A DNA stretch of 64,000 nt from Mayamaea pseudoterrestris (lineage: Eukaryota): assembly GCA_027923505.1 (NCBI GenBank), contig BROI01000011.1:310001-374000 (forward strand). Reading direction: 5' to 3'. The notes under the pieces are model-generated. The model did not search any database. It was not told where the DNA came from and worked only from the letters and a program-made list of their open reading frames with translations. The position numbers and the translations under genes were made by a program. Shown in pieces: positions 57,463 to 64,000 of the stretch (positions are counted from its first letter, which is position 1; every line of letters begins with the position of its first letter).

Positions 57463-58746
57463 CTACTCTGACTCGACATTATCCTTGGCGCGCAGCGCCG
57501 CATACGTCTTGAGGCGCACCGCGTTGATGCGAATGAATCCATTGGCATCCGCCGGATTGTAGTCAAAGGCGTCACCGCCCCCTTCAATATCCATGCTCGC
57601 CAAGTCGGCATTGTACAAGGCCTTGGGGCTGGAGCGACCAGTAATAGTCACATTACCCTTGTACAGTTCCAACTCGACAATCCCCGACACATCCTTTTGC
57701 GAGTAGTGAATCGCGTGACGCACCAAGTCCATTTCCGGCGCAAACCAAAAGCCATTGTAGCACAGGCGCGAAAACTCCGACGCCAAGTGTTCCGTGATGC
57801 GCTTGACCTCGCGGTCCATGGTCATGCCCTCCAAGTCCAAGTGGGCGGCCCGCAGCAAGGTGCCGCCGGGCGTTTCGTACACGCCGCGACTTTTAATGCC
57901 CACAAAGCGGTTTTCGATTATGTCAATGCGGCCAATGCCGTGCTTGCCGGCAATCTTGTTGCACTCCAAAAATAGTTGCAGCGAGTCCGTCACACTCGTA
58001 TTGTCTTGCAAGTTGGTCAACTTGACTGGCACGCCCTGTTTGAATTCAATGCGAAACTTTTCGGCTTGATCGGGCGCACGCTGGGGCGACACGGTCATTT
58101 TGAACATGCTTTCATCCGGCGCCACCATGGCGTCTTCCAGCATGCCACTCTCGTAGGACGTATGATACAAGTTTTCATCAATCGAGTAATTGGCCTTTGG
58201 TTTCGCATCCACCGGAATATTATGCTTGGTGCAATACTCAAGTAAATCGGAGCGCCCCTTGAAGCTTTCAATGAACTCCGCGTCCCGCCACGGCGCCACA
58301 CACTGAATCGTGGGACTGAGCGCCTGGCAGCACATTTCGAAGCGCACCTGGTCGTTGCCCTTGCCCGTGGCGCCGTGCGCAATGTACGTACAGTTTTCGG
58401 CGGAGGCGATGCGGACCATTTCCTTGGCAATGCAGGGGCGGGCAATGGATGTCCCCAGCAAGTAGCGGCCCTCGTAAATGGCGTCGCACTTGATTGCCTC
58501 GTACACATATTGCTCGACGAACTCTTGGCGCAAGTCACTGACAATGCATTTGGACGCGCCGCAACTCAGTGCCTTGCTCTTGACAGCGTCAAAATCCTCC
58601 TCGTGCTGACCCACGTTGGCGCAAAAGGCAATAATGTCAAAGCCCTTGGTGGAGAGCCACTTTAAAATGACGGACGTGTCGAGACCACCAGAGTAGGCCA
58701 ACAAGAGTTTCGGTTTGCTTGATGAGGAAGAGTCGGTGGTTGACAT
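57463..58746 (-). CDS. ASS1: Argininosuccinate synthase
   Basis: LAYSGGLDTS, YLLGTSIARP, HGATGKGNDQVRFE, ENRFVGIKSRGVYETPGG. Likely start MSTTDSS at 58746. Confidence 0.97.
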   Translation of the reverse strand: MSTTDSSSSSKPKLLLAYSGGLDTSVILKWLSTKGFDIIAFCANVGQHEEDFDAVKSKALSCGASKCIVSDLRQEFVEQYVYEAIKCDAIYEGRYLLGTSIARPCIAKEMVRIASAENCTYIAHGATGKGNDQVRFEMCCQALSPTIQCVAPWRDAEFIESFKGRSDLLEYCTKHNIPVDAKPKANYSIDENLYHTSYESGMLEDAMVAPDESMFKMTVSPQRAPDQAEKFRIEFKQGVPVKLTNLQDNTSVTDSLQLFLECNKIAGKHGIGRIDIIENRFVGIKSRGVYETPGGTLLRAAHLDLEGMTMDREVKRITEHLASEFSRLCYNGFWFAPEMDLVRHAIHYSQKDVSGIVELELYKGNVTITGRSSPKALYNADLASMDIEGGGDAFDYNPADANGFIRINAVRLKTYAALRAKDNVESE

Positions 58747-59370
58747 GGTAGAATTGTTATATATAAATGGGATGGCTTTCAAATAATATAATGAATGGAC
58801 CAAGGCGAGAGTGAGAGCAAAGCACCGGAAGCTGAATGGCAATTGCAGTTGCGGCGCTTCGGGTGCGCACGAGGAAGATGGCGAAACGGACGAAAGATCC
58901 GTGGGAGCTTGGAGCGCAACGAATTGATGGTGATGCGTCGTGGATGACGTGTTCATCGTGGTCTGACCCTATTATTTGAAACTGCGTCATTCATTCGTTG
59001 TGATAAACGACGCACCGGTACTGAATCCTTTTTGGCGATGATCAAACGAACTACGTAGTACGATACTTGTACAAGTAGTAGTTTGTAGCGATGTAGCGAT
59101 TGACGCTTACAGTTTGTTTGTGCTCATATGACTACATTCTTTGGATCGACCACCGAGAGGCGAACGCGGCGGATCAAGCTTGGATGAGGAACATTGGTTG
59201 CAGCTTTGGCAGGGATGAAACATACAGTGGAGAGAAACATGACAATTCGCACGCAAGATTTGAATTTATATTTCCCTGACAATATAACTTGTTATAACAG
59301 ACAATATATTGTTTATACATGCTGCGGTTATTCACAGTCAACCATGTTTTCGTTCGGCCTACTGTTTCGC

Positions 59371-59823
59371 TCACATTTGACGCACGTCGCGCATAATCTC
59401 GTCCACTTGACGGTGAAACGCTTGGTCGGCCGCTTGGAGAAAGTCAATGCTAATTTCGGGCGTTTCAAGTATGCTGTTTGGCACCAACACCATTCGCTTC
59501 TTTTTGTGCAGTCGCTGGCGCTTCAAGAAACGCTTGCTCAGCATTGGAGCAGAAAATGGCGGCGTAGTTTCGACACGAATTTCAGGCGTTTCATCTCGTT
59601 CGTCCTCGTCGATACCGCCGGGGTTTGTATCTTGACGCTCCGCTGAGTCAGTAGCACAGCAATCACGTGAAAACGTCGGACTAGCATGCGTGCTAGGGTC
59701 AATGACATTTGGAGAAAAGGATTGCGTGCGCCACTGCAGACTCTGCTGCTGGTGCTCGAGCAAACGCAGCTTGGACTGCAAGTCGTCAACGGAAAGAGTT
59801 GATCCGACGCTTGCCGACGACAT
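59371..59823 (-). CDS. Hypothetical small protein
   Basis: ~150-aa ORF with a short coiled coil and a basic NLS-like cluster (KRQRLHKKKR); start uncertain. Confidence 0.45.
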   Translation of the reverse strand: MSSASVGSTLSVDDLQSKLRLLEHQQQSLQWRTQSFSPNVIDPSTHASPTFSRDCCATDSAERQDTNPGGIDEDERDETPEIRVETTPPFSAPMLSKRFLKRQRLHKKKRMVLVPNSILETPEISIDFLQAADQAFHRQVDEIMRDVRQM

Positions 59824-60466
59824 GACTTGACGGAGTCGTTCTCGCACTTGGATCGTTTTATGGACTTGTTTGGTGTACGGGAAACAGCAAACGTCGGAGG
59901 TTGGGCTAGTACGATTTGGATTGGCCGCACCCACCACTTGCCACTGATTCTCTCGGTAATGCATGGCGACTTGACAGTGAATCCATTAATGCATCAATGG
60001 TAACAGCCAATTGCGTCGCATTTGGTGTTTTTGCTTGCTCGGAGCAACAATGCTGCCTCCTTGTACAATACTTTCCCGTGGGAATCAACGAGAGGAGTCG
60101 AGTCGTTGCTACTCGTACGCAGGACCTAGCTTTAGTACCGGTACGATGTACAATCTTCCGGCACAATGCACACCATGCATTTGGGTGACTCATTCGATAG
60201 CCAATCAAAATAGTAATGCCGTCTGCAAAAGATGTTTCCATAAGTGACAACGTCACGACTGACATATGGAAGGGTTCCTTGGAGCGTCCTTGGACGGCCA
60301 TTCCTTTTTCGGAAGGCAGCGGAAGAGTCTCGACGCAATCACAATCCGTGACACCGTTCGGGATCAACGAAGGTTGCTGACGGAGCTCGAGGAGTTCAAT
60401 CACATTCACATTCACAACAAACGTACAACTCAATACAGTATCATCTAACAATATTAACAATAAATC

Positions 60467-61003
60467 ATGCCTCCGAATCGACGCGCCGTCTCCTGTCCCG
60501 ACCTGTTCGCCTTGGACGAGCCAAGCCACCACTGGTTCGCCACCGCCGCCGAAGCCTCTGGATCCAAAGGTTTCTCATCGCAAGAGCAGGACGAATCTTC
60601 CAACGACGCACTAGTGAATTACTGGGACTGGCACTTGGACGACGAGCAGTTGCGCATGGAGGAGGAGCGACTCGAAGTCGCCGAGCATCGTGGCGCCATT
60701 AACATTGCCGGCCGCAGCAGTCACCACTTGGCGAAGCAGCGCGTCATGGTGGACTTGGCGACCGGCAACGCGGAAGACGCGCACCACCATCCACACTACT
60801 GGACGTGGGTGCATTGGGTCGAAAAGGAGACGGAAGCGTCGCAGGATTTCGCGCATTCGTTTTGGGAGTGGCGCGACGAAACGGAGCATCATCATGCGAT
60901 CAAGCATGTCTATAGGTCGAACAACTTTCGTCGGGCGGTTGAAAATGATAACGCCATGGAGACGAATAGTGATCATGGAGTGGACTACTGGCATGGTTTT
61001 TAA
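60467..61003 (+). CDS. Small His/acidic protein with recurring [YF]WxW motifs
   Basis: 178-aa ORF with AT-rich flanks; motifs NYWDW, HYWTW, SFWEW, DYWHGF. Confidence 0.7.
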   Translation: MPPNRRAVSCPDLFALDEPSHHWFATAAEASGSKGFSSQEQDESSNDALVNYWDWHLDDEQLRMEEERLEVAEHRGAINIAGRSSHHLAKQRVMVDLATGNAEDAHHHPHYWTWVHWVEKETEASQDFAHSFWEWRDETEHHHAIKHVYRSNNFRRAVENDNAMETNSDHGVDYWHGF

Positions 61004-61524
61004 CATGTAATGGTTGATTGCATGCTTGCTACGTACAACGAGTGCATGTGTTGACTTTCGAGGGACTGCGTTGCTACGGCTCTTGGAAATGGCCATGCTT
61101 TGCATCTTTAAATTAAATAACATACAAATATAATTGCGTGCTAATCTTTTCTTTTACATTTTGTGCATAGATACAAAGTGCCATGTACTCGTGTGAGCAA
61201 GATACTGCTGGAAGGTGAAAGATACATGCGAGTACTTGCGATCTACGGTAGTTCGAATTTTTTTAGTGTTGAAATAGTCCATTCATTTCATGTGACGGCT
61301 TGCATTAGTAGGCCATTCTCTAAGGTTCTCTAATGCTTATACCGTAGACATAAACGAGGCATGGCTAAATGAACTTGAAGCATACAATGGCGGTGTCTGC
61401 ACCAAGGAATGCAGATGGATCTTTCAAAAACGATCGGCTTGCAATCAACACTAATTAGACATTAAATTATCCATGCGTGGCCAGTACCACGTTAAAGCAT
61501 GGTAATGTTGATTGGTCCAGCGCT

Positions 61525-61962
61525 CTATTCCTTCTTCGACTCGGCAAGTTCCACTTGCTCTGAAGCAATCTCCTCCATATTCTTGGCCTTGGTCGCTCTC
61601 GCTTGGATTTCTCCCTCCTCGAGTCCTTTCTGAAACTCCTTTGGAACATCCTTGAGTTCGCCTGCCATTTTTCCAGCGTCACGACCCATTTCGGCAATCT
61701 TTTGCGGTCCCAGCAAAAACGCGGCGGCAACGGCAATGATGGCAATTTCCGGAGCGCCTAAACCAAAGAGACCCTGCATTTGAATGGTAGCTACTGATTT
61801 GCGCTGGCGCTGTAGTGATGGAAGCATTGTGGGATGATTCATGAACGGGGAGTTGCTGAGTGTCGACAGATGCTGATGGCTGGTGGTTGAAATTGGAGCG
61901 AATGCTCTAGTGCTGGTGACAAGCAGCGCTAGAAGCATACATGACTTGAATAGCGTCATCAT
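61525..61962 (-). CDS. tatA: Plastid twin-arginine translocase subunit TatA/B (Tha4/Hcf106-like)
   Basis: GLFGLGAPEIAIIAVAAAFLLGPQKI plus amphipathic helix; bipartite presequence with TRA-FAP. Confidence 0.88.
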   Translation of the reverse strand: MMTLFKSCMLLALLVTSTRAFAPISTTSHQHLSTLSNSPFMNHPTMLPSLQRQRKSVATIQMQGLFGLGAPEIAIIAVAAAFLLGPQKIAEMGRDAGKMAGELKDVPKEFQKGLEEGEIQARATKAKNMEEIASEQVELAESKKE

Positions 61963-62403
61963 TGTATTTGCTCTTACAGCCAGGTTCAAGATGGTTTTAG
62001 AGTCAACGACGCCAGATTGTTTCGATGAGGATGGCCATCATGGTGAAGCGCGAGGATCGCGTGATGACCTCAGCAGAGCTTGGCGCCAAAATTGAAGTTG
62101 CACGGATCGCAGCAACGCGGACTTCGCTAGCTGGATGCTTGGCCATGAAACGAGAGTACCTTATTAGCGGACTTATTGATTAGAGAAATCCATTAACATT
62201 GCATGGGTGAACACTTTGACGCGAAACTGGGTAAATGCGTCTCAAGAACTGCGCTCCGTCCCTTTGCTTGCGAACGGCGGCAATGCGAACCTTGCATGGC
62301 TGTTCGCGTTTCGTCGCCGAGCACATCATAAACACACGACCATTAGCATCATCATCACTTGCATCCAGCCTTTTGTTCCATCAAAGCACTAAATATAAGC
62401 AAA

Positions 62404-62952
62404 ATGAACTCGTTACATCAAACACTCAAGTGCAGCTGCGGCAAGGTGCAATTTGCAGTCGACTCTCCGTCGGTGCTTCGTCTCGTTTGCTACTGCAAGG
62501 ATTGTCGCGGATACGTCAAGACGCTCAACGACAAGGCTGCCAACGTCACAACTCCGCTCGATGATTGGGGCGGCGCTGACTGGAGTAGCATATACCCAAG
62601 CGAAATTACAGTCACTCAGGGCAAGGAGTACCTTGCCGTATGCAAAATTCGAGAGAAGAGTGGCATCCGTCGCGTATATGCAAGTTGCTGCCACACGCCC
62701 CTCTTTAGCATTGGAGAGATTAGTTGCCTTCTCAACACGCATCTCATAGAAAACGACAAGAAGGCTGACGTTCGCTTTCGTATCATGGGACGACAGGCTC
62801 TCACAGGCCAGGGTAAACGACCACCCATTAGCTGGTCGGTCCCACTCAGCTGGTTTTGGACAATGCCGGGGCGCGTTAATAAGGACAAGATGAAGCCGAC
62901 ACCGATTGACATCAACGAGCCAAAGATTCTGGAAGGCTTTACGCAGGGATAA
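62404..62952 (+). CDS. GFA/CENP-V-like Zn-binding protein (DUF6151-like)
   Basis: CSCGKV, CYCKDC, RRVYASCCHTP. Confidence 0.8.
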   Translation: MNSLHQTLKCSCGKVQFAVDSPSVLRLVCYCKDCRGYVKTLNDKAANVTTPLDDWGGADWSSIYPSEITVTQGKEYLAVCKIREKSGIRRVYASCCHTPLFSIGEISCLLNTHLIENDKKADVRFRIMGRQALTGQGKRPPISWSVPLSWFWTMPGRVNKDKMKPTPIDINEPKILEGFTQG

Positions 62953-63787
62953 GTTGGAGACAAGTCACGCAGCAGCTCATTTTATTTTCCCTTATGCACA
63001 TTTGCATAGTTTTTGTCCATTTGGCTATGATGGAACAAAAGCAGCCACTGTTATTATTGCACGCGTGGCCTTTTTAGTCCTGCCGCCATACCATGCATAG
63101 CGCTTTAGTTTTACTGGAACCTTGTCAGTTCGCATAAATAAATGGCCGTTGCCATTGCACAATTACTCGATTGACTTCGGAAAGGCATCGACGAAGCCAA
63201 TTGAGAGTTAGTTTGATGAGTGGAGAATAGTTGTCTCATTTACAGTTAGCTGATAGCATCTACGTAGACCTACTGATGGCTAGCTCCGCTGCGATTGTGA
63301 TAGCGCAAAGAAACTGATGCTAATGAACCGCTTTAATTGCATTGCCAAAGTCGGCAGTTTCTAGCCCAGTTTAGTCCGAGGGTTTATGATTGACAGCAAT
63401 TCAGTCAATACAAAGCATACGTTGGAGTAGCTTGCAACCTTCAATGCACATTATTGGATTCTGCATACCGGAATGCATCCTGTAGTCGTGGTAGGAGAAG
63501 GCAGCAACTGTGACTGAAAAACAAACCAGTAGCTAATCCAGGACTACGTACTATTCCCTACGTGCGGTGAGTACGCTCACCGATTGGTGATCGTCAACGT
63601 GACTTGACTGTGAATCTCACGTTTCCATTGACGAATACAACTATTGCCCTTTAGTTACACGACTCACGTTTCTGGCGCCACGCATTGACATTTTGAAATT
63701 TCGGTTTCTACGGTGTCCTTGCGATTTGTCGAGACAGGCCACAAGTTACTCCACTTGCAAAACCACTTCGAAGCATTTGTCATAGCT

Positions 63788-64000
63788 ATGAACAGCACGA
63801 CAGAAATGGAAAGGTTTGTTACAACCATTTTGGCTCCTAGTAGGCGATGGCTGAGTGAGCGATTAAGCGATGAAAGCTCTCGTCCGACGGACAATGGCAC
63901 TTTCAGTATCCAAGATCAAAATTCATCGCCATCCATGCTTCGCATTTCCGTCGGCGAGAACGAGCGGCACTACCAGTGCGCAAAGGCAGAGGATGGCACA
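63788..64000 (+). CDS. Possible 5' end of a gene running off the right edge
   Basis: Frame from ATG 63788 (MNSTTEMERFVTTILAP...) stays open for 71 codons to the window end; no motif. Confidence 0.3.
   Translation, partial: MNSTTEMERFVTTILAPSRRWLSERLSDESSRPTDNGTFSIQDQNSSPSMLRISVGENERHYQCAKAEDGT

Noticed and set aside
39991..58746. Urea/nitrogen gene cluster (UreD-UreF plus argininosuccinate synthase)
   Set aside because: Separated by about 15 kb and seven unrelated genes; no shared element seen.
59050..59077. Palindromes ACTACGTAGT and TACTTGTACAAGTA upstream of ASS
   Set aside because: Present, but in low-complexity GTA/TAC-rich sequence with no further support for function.
1..64000. tRNA or rRNA genes
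   Set aside because: None recognised by eye; tRNAscan-SE or Infernal would be needed to exclude them.

Overview
This is eukaryotic, gene-dense nuclear DNA, most likely from a diatom or related ochrophyte. The evidence is short GT-AG introns, ASAFAP-type bipartite plastid presequences on a solanesyl diphosphate synthase and TatA, and diatom-type Ty1/copia elements. About 28 protein-coding genes can be read, including eIF3c, a JmjC/cupin protein, a TBL/PC-esterase-like protein, a chromate transporter, CHMP7-like and BRO1 proteins, a rhomboid protease, codanin-1, a DnaJ protein and argininosuccinate synthase. The notable items are: (1) a ~2,126-aa protein joining a Upf1-like helicase, a possible RelE/ParE-like domain, a TRANK1/UvrD-like helicase and a helical tail; (2) a single-ORF UreD-UreF urease-maturation fusion with His-rich inserts; (3) a candidate box C/D snoRNA inside an oversized eIF3c intron; (4) a full-length copia retrotransposon with identical LTRs, a frameshifted pol, no canonical PBS and an HTDD RT motif; (5) a stand-alone copia gag-like gene. 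All family calls come from motif recognition by eye; no database searches were run.
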